A stretch of 64,000 bases of DNA from Nitrosopumilaceae archaeon. Lineage in GTDB: Archaea > Thermoproteota > Nitrososphaeria > Nitrososphaerales > Nitrosopumilaceae. The notes under the pieces were generated by a model that worked only from the letters and a program-made list of their open reading frames with translations, made no database searches and was not told the origin of the DNA. Position numbers and translations under genes: made by a program. Shown in pieces: positions 21,135 to 31,852 of the stretch; position 1 is the first letter of the stretch; each line of letters begins with the position of its first letter. The stretch covers positions 544,001 to 608,000 of the forward strand of contig OZ242274.1 of assembly GCA_965207375.1 (NCBI GenBank). Direction: 5' to 3'.

Positions 21135-22177
21135 AATTTTTTCCTCCTGTAATTTAGAGGTGGCCTGCCAGCAATTGGAATGTTATTTCCACAATATCTG
21201 CATCTGTTCTCTGAATCCAAATTCCATTGCTCAATGTCAAAACCATATCTTTTTACTGCGATTTTTTTACATGCAGAACAATACGTATGCTCCAAATGAT
21301 GACCAGGAACATTTCCGATATACGCATACTCTAGTCCCTCCTCTTTGGCGATGCAATAGTGTCGTTCCAATGTTTCAATCGGTGTACTACCAAACTCCAT
21401 CATTTTATAGTCTGGATGAAACCGCAAAAAATGAATTGGCATCTGCGGGCCGAATTGGTCATAAATGAACCTGCAAAGTTTTCTTGCATATTCCAGACTG
21501 TCTCCTACCTGCGGGACGATCAAGTCCGTAATCTCTATGTGAATATCGGTACTGTCTCTGATTCCAATTAACGAATCAAAGATCGGTTGGGGATCTGGCA
21601 CTCCGATATATTTTCTAGTAAATTCCGGCTCTGCACTGCCTTTAAAGTCTACAGTAATGCCATCTAGAAACTGGCCCATCATTTGTACCGTTTGCGGAGT
21701 GTCATAGCCATTTGATACAAATACATTGTATAATCCGTATTTTCGTGCCAAAATACCGCAATCACGCGCAAATTCAATAAAGATGGAGGGCTGATTGTAG
21801 GTATATGCAATTCCGTCTGCACCGTACCTGAGTGCCTCTTGTACTACTTGTATCGGCGTCATCTCTGCACCTTCCACCTTGCGCCGTTGACTGATATCGT
21901 GATTTTGACAATATTTGCACAGCCAGTTACAACCCGTAGTTGCAATAGAGTACACCCTTGAACCGGGCCTGTAATGTACCAGTGGCTTTTTTTCAATAGG
22001 ATCTACAGCTCCGGCAATAACTTTGCCGTAGACAAACAATTCTAATTTTCCTTTCACGTTTCCCCTGATCCCGCACAATCCCACCTGACTTTTGCCCATC
22101 TCACAATATCTGGCACAAGCCGTGCATCTGACCCTGTCATTTCCTAATTTTTTATATAGGACTGCCTCTTTTGTCAT
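21119..22177 (-). CDS. amrS: AmmeMemoRadiSam system radical SAM enzyme
   Basis: CTACARYC, DPIEKKPL, CNWLCKYCQNHDISQ and YIGNVPG motifs. Confidence 0.9.
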   Translation of the reverse strand: MTKEAVLYKKLGNDRVRCTACARYCEMGKSQVGLCGIRGNVKGKLELFVYGKVIAGAVDPIEKKPLVHYRPGSRVYSIATTGCNWLCKYCQNHDISQRRKVEGAEMTPIQVVQEALRYGADGIAYTYNQPSIFIEFARDCGILARKYGLYNVFVSNGYDTPQTVQMMGQFLDGITVDFKGSAEPEFTRKYIGVPDPQPIFDSLIGIRDSTDIHIEITDLIVPQVGDSLEYARKLCRFIYDQFGPQMPIHFLRFHPDYKMMEFGSTPIETLERHYCIAKEEGLEYAYIGNVPGHHLEHTYCSACKKIAVKRYGFDIEQWNLDSENRCRYCGNNIPIAGRPPLNYRRKKFHVLE

Positions 22178-22253
22178 CTTTTATGTTGACAAACATAAAA
22201 TTTAAGCAAATCTTATCGTAATCCTAAAACACAGGTTGTATTCTTTAGTTTAT

Positions 22254-22748
22254 GTGAGTGCACCAGGAAACATATGGCGAAAGGTTCATGGAATCGTGGC
22301 CAAAAAACCTACCAATTTTTCATGGCTTATTACAGGAAAACTTGCAGGCTCTGGAATGCCAACATCGTCTGCCGAATTTGATTGGATTTGCAAACAGGGT
22401 ATCTGCTCTATTGTTACCATGACTGAAAACGCGCTTTCTGATACGTGGACCCAAAAGATTGACTATTTGCACGTGCCAACTCCTGATCTTACAGCTCCTG
22501 ACATGGAAGAAATTGACTCTGCAGTTGACTTTATACAAAACCAAATAAAACAGAAAAAACCCGTTATGGTTCACTGTGCTGCCGGATTGGGTAGGGCAGG
22601 CACGATTCTTGCCTGTTATCACGTCAAATATCTCAAATACTCTAGTACCGATGCAATTGATAAGATCAGACAGGAGAGGCCTGGATCAATTCAGTCCAAG
22701 GTGCAGGAGATAGCAATTGCACTTTATGAAAAACATGTAAAAAATTAA
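22254..22748 (+). CDS. Dual-specificity protein phosphatase
   Basis: VHCAAGLGRAG active-site motif. Confidence 0.9.
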   Translation: MSAPGNIWRKVHGIVAKKPTNFSWLITGKLAGSGMPTSSAEFDWICKQGICSIVTMTENALSDTWTQKIDYLHVPTPDLTAPDMEEIDSAVDFIQNQIKQKKPVMVHCAAGLGRAGTILACYHVKYLKYSSTDAIDKIRQERPGSIQSKVQEIAIALYEKHVKN

Positions 22749-22891
22749 TTCTGAATTACCTCAGATACCAGCTTTCCATCAACTATTTTTATCTTGATTA
22801 ATTTGTTTTCTTGAAAAACCAAAGTAAGCTCTCCTTGGGTCTCCTCGACCTTTACAAGCTCGATCATTTTTATCGGTTCAAATTTTTCCAT
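22745..22891 (-). CDS. 48-aa hypothetical protein (not in ORF track)
   Basis: MEKFEPIKMIELVKVEETQGELTLVFQENKLIKIKIVDGKLVSEVIQN; paralog of the adjacent ORF. Confidence 0.7.
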   Translation of the reverse strand: MEKFEPIKMIELVKVEETQGELTLVFQENKLIKIKIVDGKLVSEVIQN

Positions 22892-22898
22892 AATATCA

Positions 22899-23051
22899 TC
22901 ACTCTGGTATTGAAACCGTCTCAATTTTTCCGTCTACTGCCTTTATGAACATGAATCTGTTATCCTTGAAGATTATTGTGATTCCTCCCTCCTTGTCTGG
23001 TTCTTCAACCTCTAAAACAGGCTGTCCTAAAAGTCCGTCATATTTTGCCAT
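22899..23051 (-). CDS. 50-aa hypothetical protein (not in ORF track)
   Basis: MAKYDGLLGQPVLEVEEPDKEGGITIIFKDNRFMFIKAVDGKIETVSIPE. Confidence 0.72.
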   Translation of the reverse strand: MAKYDGLLGQPVLEVEEPDKEGGITIIFKDNRFMFIKAVDGKIETVSIPE

Positions 23052-23080
23052 ATCGAGTCACCGTTTTAGTCATTTATATC

Positions 23081-23617
23081 CTAATTGATTACAATTTGAA
23101 TTTCTTTTGCTGAATTTTTGGCATTATCTGCATCAATGTAATCGTGCTTTTGCCAGGATGCAAATATCTCAGCACCGATCTTGTGGCTACCCCTTCCCAA
23201 TTCTGCGGCTTTGAATGTAAATGTCTCATCAAAATCAAATAGCTCCTGTCTTACCTCCTCCTCGGTCAATCTAATATAGGGAACAAAATTTTTTGCCACC
23301 TGTACCCATACTCTTTTTTCCTTCATAGGATTTACCAGTTTGGGATTGCGTGTCCAAAAAACCGATGCTTTTCTGTAACTGTCTATGGGTTTTCCGAGCT
23401 GTTTTTTCCTAAAGCCTCCTGCTGTTACCTTTATGCCGTATTTCATCTTGAATAAATTATCATTATTGTTGTATGCATCAGTCCAATTTTTCTCGTTAAA
23501 GGCATCTCTTATGTCTCCTTGTACTGCAAATTTTACGTTAATAGTTACTGTCTCATCCTCAGAGTATTGCTCCTTTGATCTGACCAGTTCTAGGTCTCCT
23601 ATACCATTTTGAGCCAT
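23081..23617 (-). CDS. Conserved hypothetical protein
   Basis: 178-aa ORF upstream of the two small paralogs. Confidence 0.7.
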   Translation of the reverse strand: MAQNGIGDLELVRSKEQYSEDETVTINVKFAVQGDIRDAFNEKNWTDAYNNNDNLFKMKYGIKVTAGGFRKKQLGKPIDSYRKASVFWTRNPKLVNPMKEKRVWVQVAKNFVPYIRLTEEEVRQELFDFDETFTFKAAELGRGSHKIGAEIFASWQKHDYIDADNAKNSAKEIQIVIN

Positions 23618-23847
23618 ATTGACTATATCATCATAGGCCTATAATATTTTATGCAGATCAGTCCAAACCTGAATTTGGAAATCAATTCAGGTACCCATGC
23701 GGTGAAAATATATCATAGATATGTTTGTAGGCGCTTCATCTGACTGATAAAATCTATCTTTACGCATAATATTTTACCATTTGGAAATATGAAAACGAGC
23801 AAATCGAGGCATGATTTATATCCATATAAGATGCTTTTTTCAAATAC

Positions 23848-24129
23848 TTGAACGCCAAAGTATTAAGTGCCTCTAAAAAGGAGGTTAATCTTTCAATCAC
23901 TCAAACAGACATAGGTACACTGTACATTGTTCAACATGAGTTACTTGGGGATTCTGGAACAGAATTTGCCGGAGTAATTGTAAAACACCCTCTAACCAAC
24001 GAGTGCTGGATGAAGGTAAATTCTACAAAAAATGCACCCGTACAAGAAATAACCAAAGCAGCAGACTCTGCAATCAAGCAAACAGAACAACTGAAAAAAT
24101 TATTTAATTCAAACATACAGGTAAGTTAA
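23848..24129 (+). CDS. rpoL: RNA polymerase subunit Rpo11/L
   Basis: Size, FAG..KHPL motif and position before TFS. Confidence 0.82.
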   Translation: MNAKVLSASKKEVNLSITQTDIGTLYIVQHELLGDSGTEFAGVIVKHPLTNECWMKVNSTKNAPVQEITKAADSAIKQTEQLKKLFNSNIQVS

Positions 24130-24444
24130 ATGAAATTCTGTCCTACATGTGAAGTCAGACTAAAAAAAGGTGATTCTGACCTAAACTGTCCCAAGTGCGG
24201 GTATGTCGAAGGCGGCCTAACACCTGCAAAAAAACCAGCCGAGCAGGACTCGGAGGTACCTGAAATTAATGTGCTTGATGAAAATGAAGGTACTGAAACA
24301 CTGCCAACCATAAAGATCCAGTGTGCAAAATGCGACAATGACGAAGCTGTATGGTGGATGTTACAAACCAGAAGTGCAGATGAGGCAACCACTCAATTCT
24401 ACAGATGCTCCAAATGTAGCCACACATGGCGCAACTACGATTGA
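24130..24444 (+). CDS. tfs: Transcription factor S
   Basis: Two Zn ribbons; QTRSADE motif. Confidence 0.93.
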   Translation: MKFCPTCEVRLKKGDSDLNCPKCGYVEGGLTPAKKPAEQDSEVPEINVLDENEGTETLPTIKIQCAKCDNDEAVWWMLQTRSADEATTQFYRCSKCSHTWRNYD

Positions 24445-24478
24445 CTTTTAATGTCCAATTAACAAGCACAAAACAACA

Positions 24479-25225
24479 ATGGTCTTTTCAGCAAAAACCA
24501 GCGGATCTGACGATCTCAAAGCCATAATATCTGCAATCTCCACTCTGGTTGAGGAGGCAACATTTGTTGCAACAGCCGAAGGGATAACATTTAGAGGAAT
24601 GGATCCGTCTCATGTTGCATTAATTGATATTTCATGGCCTAATTCGGCCTTTGAAAAGTACGAGTGCGACAGTGACATAAAATTCGGCGTAAGAATTGAC
24701 GAATTTTCAAAACTGATCAAAAGAGCTGCCAAATCAGACGCAATTGAAATTAGCATATCTGATGAAAACATGTTGCTTGTAACTATTGGAAAAAACAAGA
24801 AATACAAAATGCGTTTAATTGAAAGCTCAGCAACTGATACGCCATTGCCAAAGATACCTTATGATTCTAAAATCGTTCTTACATCCACACAATTTGACAA
24901 GATACTAGGAGATGTACAGGTGGTTTCTGACTATCTTACCATGTCTAGCGAAGACACAAAGGCTGAATTTTCTGGAAAGGGCGATTCGGGAGAGGTGGCA
25001 ATTGAACTAGATACATCCATGGATGAACTAGAGGAGCTATCATGCAAGCAAAAAAGCAGCGGCACATATAGTTTAGAATATCTTAATCCTGTAGTCAAGG
25101 CAGTTGGCAACACCGTAGGTTCCATAACCTGTGAATTCTCTAACTCAAAACCGTTACGAATAGAGTTCAAGGTTGCCAACGTAGGCAGAATTCATTTTTA
25201 TCTTGCTCCAAGAGTAGAAAGTTAA
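24479..25225 (+). CDS. pcn: PCNA sliding clamp
   Basis: MDPSHVALID and FYLAPR motifs. Confidence 0.96.
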   Translation: MVFSAKTSGSDDLKAIISAISTLVEEATFVATAEGITFRGMDPSHVALIDISWPNSAFEKYECDSDIKFGVRIDEFSKLIKRAAKSDAIEISISDENMLLVTIGKNKKYKMRLIESSATDTPLPKIPYDSKIVLTSTQFDKILGDVQVVSDYLTMSSEDTKAEFSGKGDSGEVAIELDTSMDELEELSCKQKSSGTYSLEYLNPVVKAVGNTVGSITCEFSNSKPLRIEFKVANVGRIHFYLAPRVES

Positions 25226-25258
25226 AGAATTTAAGTATACTAATTTCAGGTTATACTA

Positions 25259-26662
25259 TTGCGTATAGTAATAAAATTTGGTGGAACCTCAATTGATTCG
25301 GCAGTCAACATACGGGCAGCTGCAAAATTTCTTGCAAACACTGCCAAAAAAAATCTTGTAATTGTAGTGTGTTCTGCCATACACGGCACTACAGATTCTC
25401 TCATTGAAATTTCTGAACTTATACAAAAAGAAAAGACACACAATGTGCAAAAAATCCTCAGCAAGATAATAAACAGACACAAACAGGTAGCATCTGAATC
25501 TGTTAAAAAATCCAACACACGAAAAAAGCTGCTAGGCGCACTAGAGGCAGACTTTAAGGAATTAAAATCCCTAATTGATGGAATATCACTACTTGGGGAA
25601 ACAACGCCGCGCTCACTGGATTATCTGCTCTCATTTGGGGAGCGCATGTCAATCAAAATTGTTTCTGCTACCCTAAATGATCTAGACAAAAAATCAAATC
25701 CGTTCACAGGAAAACAAATCGGAATTGTTACTGATTCAAATTTTGGTGACGCCAAACCCTTAATGGATACTACGCGTCTTAGGGTGTCAAAAAACGTAGA
25801 GGAGATACTGCATAAAAAATCAATTCCCGTCATTGGAGGTTTTGCAGGAGCTGATCAACATGGCCATATTACAACCTTTGGACGAGGAGGGTCCGATTAT
25901 ACAGCTACTACAATTGGTTCCTGCATAAAAGCCGATGAGATCTGGCTAATGAGCGACGTTGACGGACTGATGTCTGCAGATCCTAAACTTGTAAAAAACG
26001 CCAAGGTTCTCAAACAGGTCTCCTATGTTGAGGCCATTGAAATGGCACTATTTGGTGCAAAACAAATTCATCCTAGAACCTTTGAACCGTTGTTGGCAAA
26101 AAAAATCCCAATGAAGATCAGAAACACCTTTGATACAAAACATGAGGGAACTCTGATTACTGCCTCACCTGACGCAACCATACAAAAAACCGTAAAATGT
26201 GTAAGTACAATTTCTCATAATGGTCTTATTGATGTGAGAGGCGGAAGCATGGTGGGTTCACCTGGTACTGCTGCAAAAATATTTGCCAAACTAGCAAAGG
26301 CAGGAATCAATGTAATGATGATATCTCAAAATCCGTCCGAATCTAGTATAACTATAGTTGTAAAAAAGACAGATCTAGACAGGGCCGTACACGCATTGGA
26401 AATGGAACTACTGGGAAAAATCATAAAAAGTCTGCAGGTTACATCTGATGTTGCAATTGTTGCCCTAATTGGCTCAGGAATGCGCGGTACTGTAGGTGTC
26501 GCCTCCAAGGTATTTGGAGCCACCGAGAAAAAGAAACTCAATGTTGTAATGATTACGCAGGGTTCTTCGGAACTTAATCTGGCCTTTGTTGTAAAAGACG
26601 CAGATGCAAAGACTGCGGTTCAGGCAATTCATGACGAGTTTAACCTTGCAGAAATTAACTAG
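25259..26662 (+). CDS. lysC: Aspartate kinase
   Basis: KFGGTS, GRGGSDYTA, DVDG..ADP and two ACT domains. Confidence 0.95.
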   Translation: MRIVIKFGGTSIDSAVNIRAAAKFLANTAKKNLVIVVCSAIHGTTDSLIEISELIQKEKTHNVQKILSKIINRHKQVASESVKKSNTRKKLLGALEADFKELKSLIDGISLLGETTPRSLDYLLSFGERMSIKIVSATLNDLDKKSNPFTGKQIGIVTDSNFGDAKPLMDTTRLRVSKNVEEILHKKSIPVIGGFAGADQHGHITTFGRGGSDYTATTIGSCIKADEIWLMSDVDGLMSADPKLVKNAKVLKQVSYVEAIEMALFGAKQIHPRTFEPLLAKKIPMKIRNTFDTKHEGTLITASPDATIQKTVKCVSTISHNGLIDVRGGSMVGSPGTAAKIFAKLAKAGINVMMISQNPSESSITIVVKKTDLDRAVHALEMELLGKIIKSLQVTSDVAIVALIGSGMRGTVGVASKVFGATEKKKLNVVMITQGSSELNLAFVVKDADAKTAVQAIHDEFNLAEIN

Positions 26663-26754
26663 CCTGCTGTTTCTGGAATTGTTTTAGTTTGGGGCACACA
26701 TGACTAAGGCAGTCGGCAGAACTTTTTAAAACACTGCACCTGCTTATTTCTGTA

Positions 26755-28221
26755 TTGAACAAACCACTGTTAATTTTTGTTATCTCTATAGCAATTGTAG
26801 CTGCTGCAATAATTCCAGCTTTGACTCAGGACCTTGCAGACGCAAAATCTACCAAAAAAATTCATTTCACTCAAACACTTACCTCATTTCAGGATCCTGG
26901 ACAGGGACATGAGAACCATCAGCTAGCACTAATTTTGTCTCCCGAAAAAGGCATAATTTATGACGGCTCTCTCACATATACCTCAGATATGCCAATACAA
27001 ATTGCCGTTTTGCATGAAATTACACCAGAACAATCACAAGGTCAGCCAATCTGGACGGTGGATGGAAACACCATATACGGACTTAGTTTGATAGATACTG
27101 GCAGCAAATCTGGATCCTTTGAATTTACGGGGGCAGCACTTGCACTACACAGTCCGACACCTGATACCTTTACTGCAACTGTAAGCGTAGACGGTTGGAT
27201 ACGCGGCGGCGCAATAGAGTTTGTCACACAGGATATTGCCGTACAGCAAGAACTACCTTCTGTTAACTTGTTTCAATCCAATGTTGCTGCAAAAATCCCA
27301 ATGCATACGGGATTATACAACGATACACAGGTACTGTACATAATTACTGATTCAAGTGATGAAAATCTTGCAGAACAAATTTCTGCCAAGCAAGAATGGA
27401 ATGTCGAGGTTGCATCTCCACTGTCTGCTGCACCTGAGGACATGATACAAACCATTTATTTTTTTACTAACGGCATAAATGGTAACGGCCTGTATGGATT
27501 TCAAGATGAGGTGTTCTCTGATACTCCAAGCCAATATGAACAATACAGTGCATTACGAGAGATAGTCAATGTGTCATGGAAACTTGGACAAAACCCCGAC
27601 ACGCTTGGCTCCGTAGATGACATCTTGCAGGCAGAAAAAAATGGGAGAATCATTCTGGATGAGACCGGAATCATACTTAACACACCGCAAATTGTCTGGC
27701 CTGATGGCCAAATGCAAATACGCGATGAAAATACCATAAATGATGATACGCCATATACAGGCGGACAAATAGCACAAATAGATACCGAGTCTAATACTGT
27801 GACATTTGTTGCACACAGAGGCTGGGGTCCTGACGGCAGAACCATATACTATATTGTAACTGATGCAACACCTACAGGCCCTGCAGATATAATGGGGGTA
27901 CCAGATGTTCCCTCATCTGCACAACTGATTTCAAGTTCTGCAGCAGTTGATTTGTATCAGTTCAAAAACGGACTAGTAGGCTCTGGTCCCTTGGGATTTC
28001 AGCCCGGAATTGCATCTGCAGGTACAGGCGATGAGACATACAGCCCCATGTGGAGAATATTTCTAGTCGAATGGAACAAAACTGACAACGTGAGACTGTT
28101 AGAAACAATTGATGATATTAACACGGCAAAATCTAACGGTTCAATTACAGTCAGTATTGCAAGACCAACCAACAGCGATCATATTGTTAACTGCCCATTC
28201 ATAGATCCATTCCAAAACTGA
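26755..28221 (+). CDS. Secreted protein with two internal repeats
   Basis: Signal peptide; duplicated YIxTD...FxNG..GxxGFQ...YSxxW/R domain. Confidence 0.75.
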   Translation: MNKPLLIFVISIAIVAAAIIPALTQDLADAKSTKKIHFTQTLTSFQDPGQGHENHQLALILSPEKGIIYDGSLTYTSDMPIQIAVLHEITPEQSQGQPIWTVDGNTIYGLSLIDTGSKSGSFEFTGAALALHSPTPDTFTATVSVDGWIRGGAIEFVTQDIAVQQELPSVNLFQSNVAAKIPMHTGLYNDTQVLYIITDSSDENLAEQISAKQEWNVEVASPLSAAPEDMIQTIYFFTNGINGNGLYGFQDEVFSDTPSQYEQYSALREIVNVSWKLGQNPDTLGSVDDILQAEKNGRIILDETGIILNTPQIVWPDGQMQIRDENTINDDTPYTGGQIAQIDTESNTVTFVAHRGWGPDGRTIYYIVTDATPTGPADIMGVPDVPSSAQLISSSAAVDLYQFKNGLVGSGPLGFQPGIASAGTGDETYSPMWRIFLVEWNKTDNVRLLETIDDINTAKSNGSITVSIARPTNSDHIVNCPFIDPFQN

Positions 28222-28248
28222 AAGGATAAATTATCATCATGAATTTAC

Positions 28249-29049
28249 TTGTACATGACAGGTAAACTCTACATAGTAGGTGTCGGACCCGGACACCATG
28301 ATCATATGACGTACAGGGCAAAACAGGCAATAGAGCAAAGTGATACCATAGTCGGATATGAAACATATGTTAATTTGGTTGCAGATCTAATTGACGGCAA
28401 GGAAGTTCATCGCTACGCCATGACACAAGAAGTTGAACGTGCACACCAATGCATCGATTTGGCAAAATCTGGAAGAACAGTATCCCTTGTCTCTAGCGGC
28501 GATCCTGGAATCTATGGAATGGCAGGCCTTATCTATGAAACTTTAGCAGCAACAAAGTGGGATCCAAAAAAGGGACTGCCCGTAGAAATCATTCCAGGAG
28601 TATCAGCACTTAATTCCTGCGCATCAATTATCGGCTCTCCACTAATGACTGATTTTGCAGTATTGAGTATGAGTGATCTTTTGGTCCCTTGGGAAATCAT
28701 TACCAAACGTGTGGAGGCTGCAGCACGCGGCGACTTTGTAATGGTAATCTACAATCCTTCAAGCAAAAAACGAATTCATCAATTACAAGACACAAGAAAG
28801 ATTATCCTCAAATACAGGGAACCTGCAACTCCGGTTGCAATTATCAAAGGTGCCTTTAGAGAATCTCAAAGCGTCATTCTAACTGATCTGGAAAACATGG
28901 AAGATTATGCAGACAAATTGGGAATGATTAGTACCGTAATTATTGGCAATTCCTCAACCTACACATACCAAGATTTGATGATTAATCCTAGAGGCTACAA
29001 GTCAAAATATAACCTAAAGGAGCAGACAAATCCCGATCTTAAAGTCTAG
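28249..29049 (+). CDS. cbiH: Precorrin-3B C17-methyltransferase
   Basis: VGVGPG, SSGDPGIYGMA, SDLLVPWE and NPRGY motifs. Confidence 0.93.
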   Translation: MYMTGKLYIVGVGPGHHDHMTYRAKQAIEQSDTIVGYETYVNLVADLIDGKEVHRYAMTQEVERAHQCIDLAKSGRTVSLVSSGDPGIYGMAGLIYETLAATKWDPKKGLPVEIIPGVSALNSCASIIGSPLMTDFAVLSMSDLLVPWEIITKRVEAAARGDFVMVIYNPSSKKRIHQLQDTRKIILKYREPATPVAIIKGAFRESQSVILTDLENMEDYADKLGMISTVIIGNSSTYTYQDLMINPRGYKSKYNLKEQTNPDLKV

Positions 29050-30089
29050 TGACTTTTCTTTATGGCATCGTGTAGTTCTTCGGACAGTTCCAACTTGTCT
29101 CTTATGGGAGAAATTATCTTTGTCAGGTATTTGCCAACGGTTTGCTTCAAATCTGCAGGATGCAGCTTTTTATTTACGAAACTAGACTCTAATTCCTCAT
29201 AACTGGTATAGCTTATGTTGCCGCCAAATTTTTCGGGTCGTTCCACATTGAATTCGCAATACTCGTGAAATATCACATGCTTTGAAATCTCTAGCAGAGG
29301 ATTGTTTTGTATAATTCCCTCCTCGCACCAGGATTTTGAGATCTTGCTTTTGATCTCATCATCTGTATTGTGAATGAATATGCCTGAATCCGGATCTGAC
29401 TTGCTCATCTTGCCCAACTGTTTGTCCTTTGGGTCTACCTGCTTGCTCAATGCAGGCAACAGTTTGTGATGTACTGCTATTGGCACCTTCCATCCTATTT
29501 TGGGAAAGACTTCTCTTGCAAGCATGTGGATTTTTCTCTGATCCATGCCTGCATGTGCAATGTCCACATCTAACGAGTGGATATCTACTGCCTGCATGGG
29601 CGGATACAACAATTTTGCAAGATCAATTTTTTCTTCATCTTGCCCCCTTCCCATAATTGTCAGTGTTCTCATTGTTCTTGCCAGAGACATGTGTTTTGCA
29701 AAGCCTACAACCTCTGACCAGTATTGCTTTTTTGAATCGTATAGTTCTGAACCTAGTTTGATATTTACGCCAGGACAAACCAGTTTGAAGGCGTCTGCAT
29801 AATACTTTGATACCTTCGATATTGTATCCCAATCTCCTCCCAATTTGTCATTAATTACTGTGTGCCAGTCTGCAAGAAATACCGTACAGTTTACTCCTGC
29901 CTTGATAAAGTCGTTAATTTTAAAACCCGTACTGATTAAACTGCCCAAATGCAAAAATCCAGAGATTTCCAGTCCGATGTAATGATTCGGACTCTGATTT
30001 GTTTCAAATAATTTTACCAACTCTTCTTGCTTTACAATCTCCTCAGTAGGCTGTCTTGCTACAAGTTCTACCTTTTCTATAACATCCAA
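29046..30089 (-). CDS. tyrS: Tyrosine--tRNA ligase
   Basis: HLGS, YPPMQAVD, GMDQRK, KMSKS and LHPADLK motifs. Confidence 0.95.
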   Translation of the reverse strand: MDVIEKVELVARQPTEEIVKQEELVKLFETNQSPNHYIGLEISGFLHLGSLISTGFKINDFIKAGVNCTVFLADWHTVINDKLGGDWDTISKVSKYYADAFKLVCPGVNIKLGSELYDSKKQYWSEVVGFAKHMSLARTMRTLTIMGRGQDEEKIDLAKLLYPPMQAVDIHSLDVDIAHAGMDQRKIHMLAREVFPKIGWKVPIAVHHKLLPALSKQVDPKDKQLGKMSKSDPDSGIFIHNTDDEIKSKISKSWCEEGIIQNNPLLEISKHVIFHEYCEFNVERPEKFGGNISYTSYEELESSFVNKKLHPADLKQTVGKYLTKIISPIRDKLELSEELHDAIKKSH

Positions 30090-30131
30090 ACCAATCAGAC
30101 TCGTACTGATAACACTATAAAGTTACGTCCA

Positions 30132-30710
30132 TTAATCTTGTATAGTTTTTCGCGGTTTTGTACTAAGATAAAACGCATGTCCGCTAATGATTGCACCCAT
30201 AAGAAATATTTTGGTGGCAAAAATCAGGTTCCAAGGTCTGTCTGGTTCCGGATATGCCACAGTTAATGTGTCAATATCTGGAACAATCCCATCTACTATA
30301 CCTGCCGTGATTTGTGCGCCAAGCACTGTAAAATTCCACACAACCTCGTAGGAGCAAATTATTGTAAATCCCAACAACATGAGTTGTAATAGTGCCATTT
30401 TAATTCCGCCTAATTGTTTTGAGGTGGTTCTTTTCCATCCTATTCTGCTACAGCAGTACCATCCTATAATGGAGGCAAAAAACAACCAAGTAACTAGTTT
30501 GGCAAACCCGTCAAATGGAACATGTGTAGTTACCAATACCTCACCCATTACATATGTACCATTTTGCTCCCACTCTAACATCATGGCGTATACTCCATAA
30601 GCAAGAATTGATACCATTATGAATCCGCTAAGATAGAAAATATACAGAAATACTTTGTATCCTCTATCTGTCTCTTGTAGATGTCTTTGTGCCATGACTG
30701 TTGTTTTCAT
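30132..30710 (-). CDS. Integral membrane protein
   Basis: About 4 hydrophobic helices; start trimmed to avoid overlap with the divergent gene. Confidence 0.7.
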   Translation of the reverse strand: MKTTVMAQRHLQETDRGYKVFLYIFYLSGFIMVSILAYGVYAMMLEWEQNGTYVMGEVLVTTHVPFDGFAKLVTWLFFASIIGWYCCSRIGWKRTTSKQLGGIKMALLQLMLLGFTIICSYEVVWNFTVLGAQITAGIVDGIVPDIDTLTVAYPEPDRPWNLIFATKIFLMGAIISGHAFYLSTKPRKTIQD

Positions 30711-30769
30711 TTTTTTAAATATAAAACTTGGTGTAACTTTTAACCTCCTAACTACAAGCAGAAAATGCT

Positions 30770-31852
30770 TTGGGTGTACCAATTAACATTCCTGCATTGA
30801 GCAAGGAGGAAATCCGCGAGGTTAATCTAGTTTTAAAAAATAATGTATTGACAAATGCAAGCAGGCAGGGAGGATTAAACGTTCAAGAATTTGAAAAATT
30901 ATCCAAGCGATATTTAAAATCAAAATATGCCATAGCTGTAAATTCTGGCACCGCAGCTATTCAGGCAGCACTATATGCGTTAGATATCGGGGTAGGTGAT
31001 GAAGTTTTGTTGCCGTCATTTACCTTTGTTGCCACTGCCAATGCCGTAGTATCTACAGGTGCAAAACCTGTGTTTGTCGATATTGGTGAAAACTATACAT
31101 TAGATACAGAGGATCTACAAAAGAAAATAACAAAACGCTCCAAGGCAATAATTCCGGTTCATTTGTATGGAAATATGGCAAGAATCCACGAAATCATGAC
31201 AATTGCAAGAAAACATAATCTGAAAATTGTAGAAGATGCAGCACAATCTATGGGTTCAACATACAGGCAGAAACAGTCAGGCACTTTTGGCAATCTTGGC
31301 TGTTTTAGTTTGTATCCTGCAAAGGTAATGACATCAGGTGAGGGTGGTTTGATTGTAACTGATAGCAAAAAACTTTATGAAAAATTAACAATGATAAGAA
31401 ATCATGGCATGGTTCATGGATATGATTCTAAAATATTTGGATTAAATCTAAGAATGTCTGAAATTCATGCAGCCATTGCCAAAATTCAGATCAAAAAACT
31501 GCCATTGTTCCTAAAAAAGAGAAAACAAAATGCAAAAACTCTCTCAGAAATTCTATCCGGACTAGATGTCAGCCTACCACAGGAACCAAAATATGAAAAA
31601 ATAAACTGGTATTTGTATACTATTTCTACGGCCAAACAAAACTTTTTGAAGAAAAAACTCAACATCAAAGGCTTTGGTGCAAATGTCTATTATCCTATAC
31701 CTGTACATAAAATTCCATTTTATGCCTCAAAAAAGAAATTACCTGTTACAGAATGGGCATCAAAACATGTTTTATCATTGCCAATACATCCTGGTGTCAC
31801 AGATGATAATCTACATGATATGGCAAAAATAATCAAGCACGAATTAAGATGA
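30770..31852 (+). CDS. DegT/DnrJ/EryC1/StrS sugar aminotransferase
   Basis: VNSGTAA, PVHLYG, EDAAQ and SLYPAKVMTSGEGG motifs. Confidence 0.93.
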   Translation: MGVPINIPALSKEEIREVNLVLKNNVLTNASRQGGLNVQEFEKLSKRYLKSKYAIAVNSGTAAIQAALYALDIGVGDEVLLPSFTFVATANAVVSTGAKPVFVDIGENYTLDTEDLQKKITKRSKAIIPVHLYGNMARIHEIMTIARKHNLKIVEDAAQSMGSTYRQKQSGTFGNLGCFSLYPAKVMTSGEGGLIVTDSKKLYEKLTMIRNHGMVHGYDSKIFGLNLRMSEIHAAIAKIQIKKLPLFLKKRKQNAKTLSEILSGLDVSLPQEPKYEKINWYLYTISTAKQNFLKKKLNIKGFGANVYYPIPVHKIPFYASKKKLPVTEWASKHVLSLPIHPGVTDDNLHDMAKIIKHELR

